Positions 9,279-18,132 of a stretch of DNA of 32,000 bases are shown in pieces (position 1 is the stretch's first letter; each line of letters begins with the position of its first letter). Made by a program: the position numbers and the translations under genes. The notes beneath the pieces are model-generated. The model did not search any database, was not told the DNA's origin, and saw nothing but the letters and a program-made list of their open reading frames with translations. The DNA comes from Actinoplanes sp. N902-109 (GTDB lineage Bacteria; Actinomycetota; Actinomycetes; Mycobacteriales; Micromonosporaceae): NCBI RefSeq assembly GCF_000389965.1, contig NC_021191.1:1959104-1991103 (forward strand). The letters are read 5' to 3'.

Positions 9279-9782
9279 TCACCCGGCCGTGGTGTTGCTT
9301 GCCGCGATGGGCTCGAAGCGGGGCTCGGCGATCCTCAGGTAGTCCTCGGTGCGCAGGGCCATCGACCGGTCCAGCCGGGCGGCGTTGAAGAACAGCTCGG
9401 GGAACGCTTTGATGCCGGGGTCGGCGATCAGCTCGAGCTCGTCGCTGAACGAGAACGGCAGGATCGTGCCGGCGACGCACCCGGACAGCCGTTCGGCGAT
9501 CTCGGGGTTGGCGAACGAGATGTACGTGCCGCCGAGCAGACCCTTGATGGCCTGCAGGTCGACCCGCGCGTCGCCGGGGACGACCGCCAGCACGTACTTG
9601 GTCACCTTCTTGCCGAGCTTGACCATGACGATCATGCACTTGGCGGCGGACGCGACCTCGTGCCCCCGGTATCCGCTGACGATCTCGGTGCGGCCCTCCT
9701 CGGGATGGTCGATCAACCGATAACTCGCGCCGTTGGTGTCGAGCAGGGCGATCAAGCGGTCGTAGGTCTCTTCGTAGGGCAT
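9279..9782 (-). CDS. YbaK/ProX-type aminoacyl-tRNA deacylase; FthB-like fluorothreonyl-tRNA deacylase candidate
   Basis: 167 aa from MPYEETYDRL. YbaK/INS-domain features are present (AAKCMIVMVKLGKK..YVLAVVPGDARVDL.AIK, GTILPFSF). GAGGGG lies 9 nt upstream of ATG 9782. The gene is divergent from an EamA exporter, as fthB/fthC are in S. cattleya. Confidence 0.75.
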   Translation of the reverse strand: MPYEETYDRLIALLDTNGASYRLIDHPEEGRTEIVSGYRGHEVASAAKCMIVMVKLGKKVTKYVLAVVPGDARVDLQAIKGLLGGTYISFANPEIAERLSGCVAGTILPFSFSDELELIADPGIKAFPELFFNAARLDRSMALRTEDYLRIAEPRFEPIAASNTTAG

Positions 9783-9805
9783 CGTGCCCATCCCCTCGGA
9801 GTCAG

Positions 9806-9850
9806 CAGCAGCGTTCAAGACAGTGGCGTTCAAAGCAGTGGCGTTCAATA
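9806..9850. promoter_or_regulatory. Three tandem 15-bp direct repeats (CAGYRGCGTTCAANA) in the divergent deacylase/exporter promoter, followed by an AT-rich box
   Basis: cagcagcgttcaaga / cagtggcgttcaaag / cagtggcgttcaata at 9806, 9821 and 9836. They are followed by cgtacTTTATATTgtacg (9864-9881), the most AT-rich stretch I noticed in the cluster. Confidence 0.5.
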
Positions 9851-9931
9851 CGGTGTGCGATTTCGTACTTTATATTGTACGGTGGGCCCTGCCAACGCGG
9901 AGGGGCCGCACGGGGGAGGCACTGAAAAGTC

Positions 9932-10933
9932 ATGAGAAATCCATCCGGGCTGTCTCCGGAGCTGATCGACACGCCAGCCGGAGCGCCTGTGGCGCTGCCG
10001 CCTGTCCCGGTGACCCGGGATCGCTCGGCGCTGCTCCGGTCCGACCTGTCCATCCTGCTGGTCGCAATCATCTGGGGTTCCAGCTATGTCGTGATGCAGA
10101 CCGTGGGGGACAAGGTGCCCGCCGCGGCGTTCCTCGCGTTGCGCTTCCTCACCGCACTGCCGGTGGTGCTGGTGCTCGCGGCTCCGTCCCTGCGCCGGCT
10201 CAACAAGGTGGAGGTGCTGGCCGGTGCGGCGTTCGGCACCATGCTCTACGGCATCCTCATCCTGGAAACGATCGGTGTCCAGCACACGTCCGCAGCCAAT
10301 GCCGGATTCCTCATCACCGTGTCGGTGGTGCTGGTGCCCCTGCTGGAGCGTGTCCTCAGTGGCCGGGCGCAGCCGCGCATCGTCTACACCGCCACCGTCT
10401 TCGCGCTGCTGGGCTGCGCGTTGCTGCTGCTGCACGACGGCATCCATCCGCGCTCCGGCGACCTGATCATCCTCGCCGCGGCGATGATCCGGGCCACCCA
10501 GATCACGCTGTTCGGCCGGCACGTGCACGGGCAGTCGATCCAGAATCTCACCGCCGTCGAATTCGTCGTGGTGGTCCTGCTCGCGACCGTGACGTCGGTG
10601 GCGACCGGGCATCCGGTGTGGAGCGTGGCCACCCATGTCGACGGCCGGTCCTGGTTGCTGATCACCTATCTGGGCGTGCTCGGCACCGCGTTCGCCTTCT
10701 TCATGCAGCTGCGTTCCGCCCGGCTCTCCAGCTCCACCCGGGTGGGTCTGATCCTGTGCACCGAGCCGGTCTTCGCCACTGCGTTCGCGTTGCTGGTGGC
10801 GGGTGAGACCCTGGGGTTGCTGCAGGCCGTCGGCGGTTTGCTCATGGTCGGCTCCGCGCTCGTCGGACGCGCCGCGGAGTCCAGCGGGCAGGAAACGGAA
10901 GATCGGGCAGCAAACCCATCAGGGGCCGGATGA
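9932..10933 (+). CDS. EamA/DMT family transporter; FthC-like 4-fluorothreonine exporter candidate
   Basis: 333 aa with about 10 TM helices in two EamA-like halves (LLVAIIWGSSYVVMQ...; LITYLGVLGTAFAFFMQ...). It pairs divergently with the YbaK-like gene. Confidence 0.75.
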   Translation: MRNPSGLSPELIDTPAGAPVALPPVPVTRDRSALLRSDLSILLVAIIWGSSYVVMQTVGDKVPAAAFLALRFLTALPVVLVLAAPSLRRLNKVEVLAGAAFGTMLYGILILETIGVQHTSAANAGFLITVSVVLVPLLERVLSGRAQPRIVYTATVFALLGCALLLLHDGIHPRSGDLIILAAAMIRATQITLFGRHVHGQSIQNLTAVEFVVVVLLATVTSVATGHPVWSVATHVDGRSWLLITYLGVLGTAFAFFMQLRSARLSSSTRVGLILCTEPVFATAFALLVAGETLGLLQAVGGLLMVGSALVGRAAESSGQETEDRAANPSGAG

Positions 10934-10970
10934 TCACTGCCCCGGCCCGGCTGCACTGTTAAATGAGCGC

Positions 10971-11582
10971 GTGACACAGGAAAGTTTTGGTCCGCCGGCC
11001 GTCGGCATGGGCGCCGCCGTGGGCAGGGAGATCCGCCGCTTCCGGGAGGCGCGCCGGATGTCGGTCTCGGAACTGGCGCGGCGGGCGGATCTCAGCAAGG
11101 GCACGCTGTCCCGGCTCGAGGCCGGCGGCGGCAACCCGACGATCGAAACGATCGCGGCCATCGCTGTCGCGCTGCGTCTGCCGCTGGGCGACCTCATCCC
11201 GACGTCCACCCCGGCCATCCCCATGCTGCAGCGCGGCACGCCGGACCCGGACTACAGCCGGCAGGACCTGTTGCAGCGCATCGGTCCGGGTGTCCTGACC
11301 GAACTGTGGCGGGTGCGCATCCGGCAGGCCGGCGGGCTGGTGGACAGCCCCGCGCATGCCGCCGGCACGGTGGAATACCTGCTGGTGAGCCGCGGGGTGT
11401 TCCGGGCCGGGCCGGTGAGTGCGCTCAGCGAGCTGCACGCCGGTGACTTCCTGGTCTATCCGGCCGATGTGCCGCATCGGTACGAGGTGGTCGATGGCCC
11501 CGGCGAGGCCAGCCTGATGATGACGTATCCGGCGATGAACGTCGGCGTCGCCGGTTCCCCGCTGCACGCCGAGACGCCCTAA
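10971..11582 (+). CDS. XRE-family HTH transcriptional regulator with C-terminal cupin domain
   Basis: HTH motif MSVSELARRADLSKGTLSRLEAGGGNPTIETIAAIAVALRLPLGDL, and cupin motif GDFLVYPADVPHRYE. The start is uncertain: GTG 10971 or ATG 11007. Confidence 0.75.
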   Translation: MTQESFGPPAVGMGAAVGREIRRFREARRMSVSELARRADLSKGTLSRLEAGGGNPTIETIAAIAVALRLPLGDLIPTSTPAIPMLQRGTPDPDYSRQDLLQRIGPGVLTELWRVRIRQAGGLVDSPAHAAGTVEYLLVSRGVFRAGPVSALSELHAGDFLVYPADVPHRYEVVDGPGEASLMMTYPAMNVGVAGSPLHAETP

Positions 11583-11750
11583 GAGAGCCGGTCCACCCAG
11601 GCGCAGGGAGAGCGAGCCGCGCGGGGAGAGCGAGCAGCGCGCGGGGGAGAGCCGGTCCACGCGGGCGCGGGGAGAGCCAGTCGCGGGGGCGGATAGGGCC
11701 GGTCGCGCGGGCGGAGGGAGAGCTGGCCCGCGGGAGGCGGAGGGGGGATG
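11583..11750. repeat. Degenerate GC-rich tandem repeats built on GGGAGAGC(N)GCGCGG, immediately 3' of the XRE-cupin stop
   Basis: GAGAGCCGGTCCAC occurs at 11583 and 11647. GGGAGAGC-type cores occur at about 11606, 11624, 11644, 11669 and 11715, spaced about 18-25 bp apart. Confidence 0.6.
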
Positions 11751-11865
11751 CTGAGTCCGTGTGTGCGGAAGGTCGTACGGGAATATGACGTATGGCTGAC
11801 GCCTCCGATCTCGTCCGACAGCCACTATGGATGGAGGACGATGGTTCCGTAACCGCTCGGAGGCA

Positions 11866-12510
11866 ATGATGCCGACGTCGTCGACCGTCGAGGAAGCCGT
11901 TCTACGCCGTGGTTTCCATCCCCACCCGCGGCGGGGCGCCTGCCTGCTGGAGCTGGTCAGCACCCTGCCCGGGGGACCGTGGACCGATCGGCCCCGGGGC
12001 GTGCCGCCGTTGCTGGCCGTGGTATGCCGCTCGGTGAACGACCGGCTCAGCGACGCGGCGCGGTCCGGCATTCTGCCCGCGGTGCCGTGGCTGGCCGCGC
12101 TGCCCGCCGCCGCCGGCCGTGATCCGGATGCCTTGTTCGGCGGGCTGCTCGAGGCGGCCGCGCGGTGGGCCGGTGCCGCGGTGTGGGCGTTGCCGCGCGA
12201 TCGGCCGCGGGCCCGGGTGCTCCGGCGTGCCGTGCGGCAGGTCGCTGAGCTGCCCGGGGCGGATGCGGCGCTGCAGCAGCTGCTGTTCGACGCGATCGAT
12301 GTGACGCGGACGGGGTGCGGGTTGCCGCCGGTGCCCTGGAGTTCCCAGCCGTCCGTTGCCGGGCCGGGCGGCACCGTGGGGTTGCGCATGCGGGCCGAGA
12401 CCCGCTGCCCCGACGACAGCCTGTCAACCTATCTGTGGTGCGGTGCTGAGCTGCAGCAGTGGCCCGGTGCGCTACGGCAGGCCTGGGCCGACGCGCGACC
12501 CGCCGCCTGA
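11866..12510 (+). CDS. Hypothetical protein (no recognisable family)
   Basis: ORF 11827..12510 with GC-typical codon usage. GGAGG lies just upstream of the ATG-ATG pair at 11866/11869. No motif was recognised, so coding status is only moderately supported. Confidence 0.4.
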   Translation: MMPTSSTVEEAVLRRGFHPHPRRGACLLELVSTLPGGPWTDRPRGVPPLLAVVCRSVNDRLSDAARSGILPAVPWLAALPAAAGRDPDALFGGLLEAAARWAGAAVWALPRDRPRARVLRRAVRQVAELPGADAALQQLLFDAIDVTRTGCGLPPVPWSSQPSVAGPGGTVGLRMRAETRCPDDSLSTYLWCGAELQQWPGALRQAWADARPAA

Positions 12511-12842
12511 TCGGGCCCCGGCCGGGTCAGGCCGGGCCGGGTCATGCCGGGCCGGGTCAGGCCGGGTCAGGCCGGGTCGGCCTTGGTGGCGCGCCGCAGG
12601 GCACGGCGCGGCGCAGGGCACGGCGCGGCGCAGGGCACGGCGCGGCGCAGGGCACGGCGCGGCGCAGGGCACGGCGCGGCGCAGGGCAGGGCACGGTCAA
12701 GGCCGGCCTCGGTCGCGCGGGCCCGGCACGGTCAGGCCCGGCCTCGGTCGCGCGGGCTCCCGGCCAGTCAGGCCGGGCCGGCCTCGGTCGCGCAGGCCCG
12801 GCACGGTGAGGCCCGGCCTTGGTCGCGCGGGCCCCCGCCCGG
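12511..12842. repeat. Composite tandem-repeat tract filling a convergent intergenic region
   Basis: GCCGGGTCAG-type 10-15-bp units span 12517-12580. A 34/37 copy of the response-regulator 3' end (12565-12601 versus 12841-12877) follows. Next is a 17-bp unit GCAGGGCACGGCGCGGC, about 5.5 copies (12596-12697). Four 34-39-bp units resembling TCAGGCC(N)GGCCTCGGTCGCGCGGGC span 12698-12842. Confidence 0.85.
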
Positions 12843-13592
12843 TCAGGCCAGGCCGGCCTTGGTGGCGCGCCGCACGGCATCGGTACGCGAGGTGGCGCCC
12901 AGCTTCGCGTAGATGTTGGTCAGGTGCCGCTTGACCGTGCCCTCGGCGATGAAGAGCTTGCCCGCGATGTCGGAGTTGCGCATGCCCTCGGCCACCAGCG
13001 TGAGCACCTCGGCCTCGCGGTGGGACAGGATGGGCTCGCTGTTCGCCCGCAACCTGTTCATGGTCTCCCGGGACACCGACAGGACCACGCGGTCCTCGTG
13101 CTGATCCACCACCCGGATCGTGGCGAGCAGTTCGTCCAGGCTCGCGCTCTTCATGATGTACGCGTGGGCCCCGGAGGAGAGCAGGTGCTCCACCCGTCGC
13201 GGGTCGTCGCGGGTGGCGAGGATGACGAGTTTGGCCTGGGGGATCGCGTGCCGTAGCAGCTGCAGGTCGTCGAGCGCGTTGGAGTTCGCCGCGTCCAGGC
13301 TGACCAGCAGGATGTCGGGAAGTTGGCGGCGCAGCGTCTGCATGGCCTCGGGGCCGGGGCGCAGCGCGCCGACCACGCGGATGCCGTGCTGTCGTTCCAG
13401 CAGACCGACCAGCCCCTCGCGGAACAGGCCGGGCTCATCGATGAGGGCGACGGTGATGAGGCCGGCGGTGCCGGAGGTCACGGCGCTGGGGTAGCGGCGC
13501 TGGCTGGTCGGCTCGGTGCGGTGCTGGCCGGCGTCGAGCATGCCGGCGCGGTCGGAGGTGGGGTTGTCGTAGGTGGCATGATCGTAAGTCAC
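12843..13592 (-). CDS. NarL/FixJ (LuxR-type) response regulator
   Basis: Receiver features are present: ALIDE, LLVSLD (phospho-acceptor Asp), VILAT, YIMKS. The LuxR HTH reads [44 protein letters not shown]. The start is GTG 13592, preceded by GGGGAG. No histidine kinase lies adjacent in the window. Confidence 0.8.
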   Translation of the reverse strand: MTYDHATYDNPTSDRAGMLDAGQHRTEPTSQRRYPSAVTSGTAGLITVALIDEPGLFREGLVGLLERQHGIRVVGALRPGPEAMQTLRRQLPDILLVSLDAANSNALDDLQLLRHAIPQAKLVILATRDDPRRVEHLLSSGAHAYIMKSASLDELLATIRVVDQHEDRVVLSVSRETMNRLRANSEPILSHREAEVLTLVAEGMRNSDIAGKLFIAEGTVKRHLTNIYAKLGATSRTDAVRRATKAGLA

Positions 13593-14036
13593 GCACAGCT
13601 CCCCGTACTTTCGTGTTTTCTCCAGCTGACGTGTCCGTTCAGGGTGTCGCGCGCCGCCGTGGTGCCGGCATTGGCTCGCCGACCGGCAGTCAGGCCGGCG
13701 GCACTGGTGTGGGCGGCTGGGGATCATGGGCCGGCCAAATCTCTGTTCATGTGGCTACCCCGGTTCGACGACGCGGATATCCGTCCGGTTCCTTCAGTCG
13801 AGTCCGGCCGGTGATGGCGCCCGGCACGGCGTCGCGAAGTCACATGCTGTCGCAGGCTTAATACTGCGCGCGACAGGCACGTAAGTAAAGGTTCCCGGGA
13901 AGCTGCGCCGAACGTCGTAGTGCGATGTGATACGTGGGTCAATCGCTATGCGTCTTCCGCCGTCCGCCCGGGCTGGGATTTCATCGTCAGGAGCCGGGCA
14001 ACGGGCCTGGACGGCAATGACGAAGGAAGGCTGGCG

Positions 14037-14579
14037 ATGAGCTCCGGGACAAAGATCGCATTGGCGTCGCAGGTGCGGGTGTTCCCCGACTTCCCGCACC
14101 CGGGAATCGCATTTCAAGATCTTGCGCCGCTGTATGCGGCGCCCGGTCTGATCACCCGGTTGGGCGCCGAGGTGGCGGATTCCTTTTCCGGCGAGTTCGA
14201 TACCGTCCTGGCGGTCGAGGCTCGCGGCTTCGTGCTCGGCACGGCGGTCGCGATGGCTGCCCGGTGCCCCCTGGTGCTGGCCCGCAAGCAGGGCAAGCTA
14301 CCCGGCCCGCTGCACTCTGCCGAATACAGCCTCGAGTACGGCTCGGCCGTGCTGACCGTGCAACATGGTGCAATCTCCCCGGAATCGACTGTGCTCGCGG
14401 TGGATGACGTCCTGGCGACCGGCGGCACCCTCGCGGCCGCCGCCGATCTGGTCAACCAGGCGGGCGGCGGCCTGGCCGGGTTCGCGGTGCTCCTCGAGCT
14501 CGGCGCGCTGGGTGGCCGGGACCGGCTCCAGCCGGCCCGGGTCTTTTCGTTGCTCACCTCCGGCGAAGCGCCGAAATAG
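14037..14579 (+). CDS. apt: Adenine phosphoribosyltransferase
   Basis: FPDFPHPGIAFQDL.PL, AVEARGF.LG, and the PRPP-binding loop VLAVDDVLATGGT. A GAAGGAAGG RBS precedes ATG 14037. Confidence 0.9.
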   Translation: MSSGTKIALASQVRVFPDFPHPGIAFQDLAPLYAAPGLITRLGAEVADSFSGEFDTVLAVEARGFVLGTAVAMAARCPLVLARKQGKLPGPLHSAEYSLEYGSAVLTVQHGAISPESTVLAVDDVLATGGTLAAAADLVNQAGGGLAGFAVLLELGALGGRDRLQPARVFSLLTSGEAPK

Positions 14580-14605
14580 GTAGCCGGGGGCGAGTTCCGG
14601 CTACC
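14579..14605 (+). terminator. Stem-loop at the apt stop codon
   Basis: GGTAGCCGG (14579-14587) pairs with CCGGCTACC (14597-14605) around a 9-nt loop. There is no U-tract, which is common in high-GC actinomycetes. Confidence 0.45.
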
Positions 14606-14663
14606 CCGAACGTCGTATTCCAGCAGGCCGTAACGGGCGTACGGAACAACACCGGTATACGCC

Positions 14664-15638
<975 letters not shown>

Positions 15639-15649
15639 TCCCCCCGGCC

Positions 15650-15680
15650 GGGCCGGCACGGACCTCGTCCGTGCCGGCCC
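15650..15680 (+). terminator. Perfect 14-bp GC stem-loop between the fluorinase and antiporter genes (terminator/attenuator)
   Basis: GGGCCGGCACGGAC (15650-15663), loop CTC, GTCCGTGCCGGCCC (15667-15680). It lies 12 nt after the flA stop and 27 nt before the next start. Confidence 0.55.
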
Positions 15681-15706
15681 GTTGTCATCTCCCGAGAGAA
15701 GACGTC

Positions 15707-17080
15707 ATGAGCCTTTCTTCCCAGCAGATAGCTGCGCTGGTCGCCGTCATCGCCATCGTCGTGCTGATGTGCCACGCGATCGGTGGCTTGTTCGCCCGCT
15801 ACCGTCAGCCGGTCGTGGTGGGTGAGATCCTCGCGGGCCTGCTGTTCGGGCCCACCGTGCTGGGCCTGGTCGCCCCGGACTTCCAGCACCTGCTGTTCCC
15901 GCGTACCGGGCCGGTGGCGGCGATCCTGGCCGGGCTGGCCCAGCTCGGCATGCTGCTGCTGATGTTCGTCACCGGCAGCGAACTGCGGTTGACCGCGTCG
16001 CCGGGTGACCGCCGCACCATCGGCCTGGTCGCCGCGACCGGCATGGTGGTGCCGTTCGCGGTGGGACTCGCCGTGGTCGCCGCCCTGGACTATCACGACT
16101 TGAGCGGCCCGGCCGGTACCCGTACCACCACGATTCTGGTCTTCGCGATCGCGGTCGCGGTGACCAGCATCCCGGTGATCTCCCGGATCATGCTCGACCT
16201 GGGCCTGCTCGGCAGTTCGTTCGCCCGCGTCGTGCTGGGGGTCGCCGCGCTCGAGGATGTCGGGCTGTACGTCGTGCTCGCCGTCGTGCTCAGCCTGGCC
16301 AGCGCGCCGGCCACGGAGTTCGGGCTGTGGGAGCTGGTCGGGGTGCACACCACCGGCTGGACGGTGGGCTACCACACGACGATCACCATCGTCTTCCTCG
16401 GGGCGTTCCTGATGTGGGGCACGCCGGTCTTCCGGTTCCTGCTGTACGGGCCGGCGCGGGTGCTCTCCCGGCGCAATCCCGCCGCGGCCCGGCTCGTGCT
16501 GCTGCTGATCGCGGTGCTGGTCTGCACGCTGCTCGGCATCAACCCCATCTTCGGGGCCCTGCTCACCGGCATCTGCGCGCGCCGGGCCGAACCGGATCGG
16601 GTGCCGGTGGAACCCGGCGCGCCCGGCCTGGGACAGCCGGACTCGTGGGCCACGATCCGGCACTTCTCGCTGGCGTTCTTCATCCCCGTGTACTTCTTCA
16701 CCGTGGGGCTCGGGCTCGACCTCGTGCACGACTTCGACGTCTGGTTCTTCGTCTGGTTCTTCCTGGTGTGCTGCGTGGTGAAGTCGCTGAGCGTGCTGGC
16801 CGGCGCGCTGCTGAGCCGGCAGTCGCTGCGGTGGTCGCTGGACCTGTCGATCGCGTTGAACGCGCGCGGCGGGCCGGGCATCGTGCTGGCGACCACGACG
16901 CTGAGCGCGGGCGTGGTGAACCGGTCCTTCTACACGGCCATGGTGCTGCTGTCGGTGCTCACGTCGCAGATCGCGGGGATGTGGCTCGACCGGCGGTCCG
17001 CGGCGCTGCTCGGCTGGGACCGGGACGTGGCCGGCGGACGGACCGACGCCCGCCCGGTGGCGATCGGCGAGCAGCACTGA
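15707..17080 (+). CDS. Cation:proton antiporter (CPA family, Na+/H+ exchanger type); FlH-like
   Basis: 457 aa, multi-TM. The N-terminal signature QPVVVGEILAGLLFGPTVLG is typical of Kef/NapA-type CPA2 exchangers. It sits immediately downstream of flA. S. cattleya flH is annotated as a Na+/H+ antiporter. Confidence 0.8.
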   Translation: MSLSSQQIAALVAVIAIVVLMCHAIGGLFARYRQPVVVGEILAGLLFGPTVLGLVAPDFQHLLFPRTGPVAAILAGLAQLGMLLLMFVTGSELRLTASPGDRRTIGLVAATGMVVPFAVGLAVVAALDYHDLSGPAGTRTTTILVFAIAVAVTSIPVISRIMLDLGLLGSSFARVVLGVAALEDVGLYVVLAVVLSLASAPATEFGLWELVGVHTTGWTVGYHTTITIVFLGAFLMWGTPVFRFLLYGPARVLSRRNPAAARLVLLLIAVLVCTLLGINPIFGALLTGICARRAEPDRVPVEPGAPGLGQPDSWATIRHFSLAFFIPVYFFTVGLGLDLVHDFDVWFFVWFFLVCCVVKSLSVLAGALLSRQSLRWSLDLSIALNARGGPGIVLATTTLSAGVVNRSFYTAMVLLSVLTSQIAGMWLDRRSAALLGWDRDVAGGRTDARPVAIGEQH

Positions 17081-17149
17081 GCCGGGACGGGAACAGCGGC
17101 AAGGGGGACGGGCCGGGTGGCATACGCCACCCGGCCCGCCCGGCCGTGT

Positions 17150-18127
17150 TCACCAATGCAGCGCCGTTGCCGCATCGGCGGCCGCTCGATCGCCGTACAC
17201 GGTGGCCAGCTCCGTGGTGAACGCGGTCCGGTCCAGCTCGTACTCCTGCGGGCCGACCACCCGCAGCACCAGCGCGGCCAGCGCGCAGCCGAGTTGAGCC
17301 GCGGGTACCAGCCCGAGTCCGGCCGCCACACCGGTGAGGAACCCGGCCCGGAACGCATCCCCCACGCCGGTCGGGTCCACCGGCTCGGCGACCGGGACCG
17401 CCGGGACGTCCAGCACCGGGTGGCCGTCCTGCTCGATGCGCGCACCCCGGGCGCCCAGCGTGGTGACCCAGATGCCCACCCGGGACAGCACCTCGTCGTG
17501 CGTCCACTCGGTCTTCTGCAGCACCAGCGCGTGCTCGTACTCGTTGGTGAACAGGTACTGGGCGTCCTCGATCAGCCGCCGGATGTCCTTGGGCTCCATC
17601 ACGGCCAGCTGCTGCGACGGGTCCGCGACGAACGGGTAGCCGCGGTAGCGGCACTCGTCGGTGTGCCGCAGCATCGCCTCCGGATCGTTCGGGCCGATGA
17701 CCACGTGCCGCACCGATCCCAGCCGGTCCACGGCCGGCCGCAGCTCCAGCCGGCGGGCCTGGGTCATCGCGCCGGGATAGAACGAGGCGAGCTGGTTGCC
17801 GTCCCGGTCGGTGATGCACTGGAACCGGGCGGTGTGCAGGTCCGCGGACTGGTGGATCGACGCGACATCGACGCCCGCCCGTTCCAGCCAGGAGCGGTAG
17901 TCGTCGAAGTCGTGCCCCGCCGCGGCGAGCACGGCGGGCCGGTGCCCGAGCCGGGCCATCCCGAGGGCGATGTTGGCTGCCACCCCGCCGCGCCGCACGT
18001 CGAGCGAGTCGACCAGGAAGGACAGCGACAGACTGGCCAGTGAGCCGGGCACGATCTGGTCGACGAACCGGCCGGGGAAGGTGCTGAGGTGGTCGACCGC
18101 GATCGACCCGGTGACGAGCGTGGTCAT
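17150..18127 (-). CDS. PfkB-family carbohydrate kinase, adenosine kinase-like
   Basis: Starts MTTLVTGSIAVDHL; contains GGVAANIA and the C-terminal DPTGVGDAFRAGF ribokinase/PfkB motif. It resembles the actinobacterial AdoK type. It begins 5 bp after the metK stop. The upstream part of ORF 17150..19054 is a shadow frame. Confidence 0.75.
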   Translation of the reverse strand: MTTLVTGSIAVDHLSTFPGRFVDQIVPGSLASLSLSFLVDSLDVRRGGVAANIALGMARLGHRPAVLAAAGHDFDDYRSWLERAGVDVASIHQSADLHTARFQCITDRDGNQLASFYPGAMTQARRLELRPAVDRLGSVRHVVIGPNDPEAMLRHTDECRYRGYPFVADPSQQLAVMEPKDIRRLIEDAQYLFTNEYEHALVLQKTEWTHDEVLSRVGIWVTTLGARGARIEQDGHPVLDVPAVPVAEPVDPTGVGDAFRAGFLTGVAAGLGLVPAAQLGCALAALVLRVVGPQEYELDRTAFTTELATVYGDRAAADAATALHW

Positions 18128-18132
18128 CGCGG

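Noticed and set aside
10959-12389. 476-aa minus-strand ORF
   Set aside because: It is antisense to the XRE-cupin gene and the hypothetical gene. It is Arg/Pro/Ala/Ser-rich with no recognisable domain, and it spans the repeat tract.
12511-12842. Possible CRISPR array
   Set aside because: The units are contiguous tandem repeats of several lengths, with no unique spacers of constant size and no cas genes. They derive from the adjacent gene 3' end.
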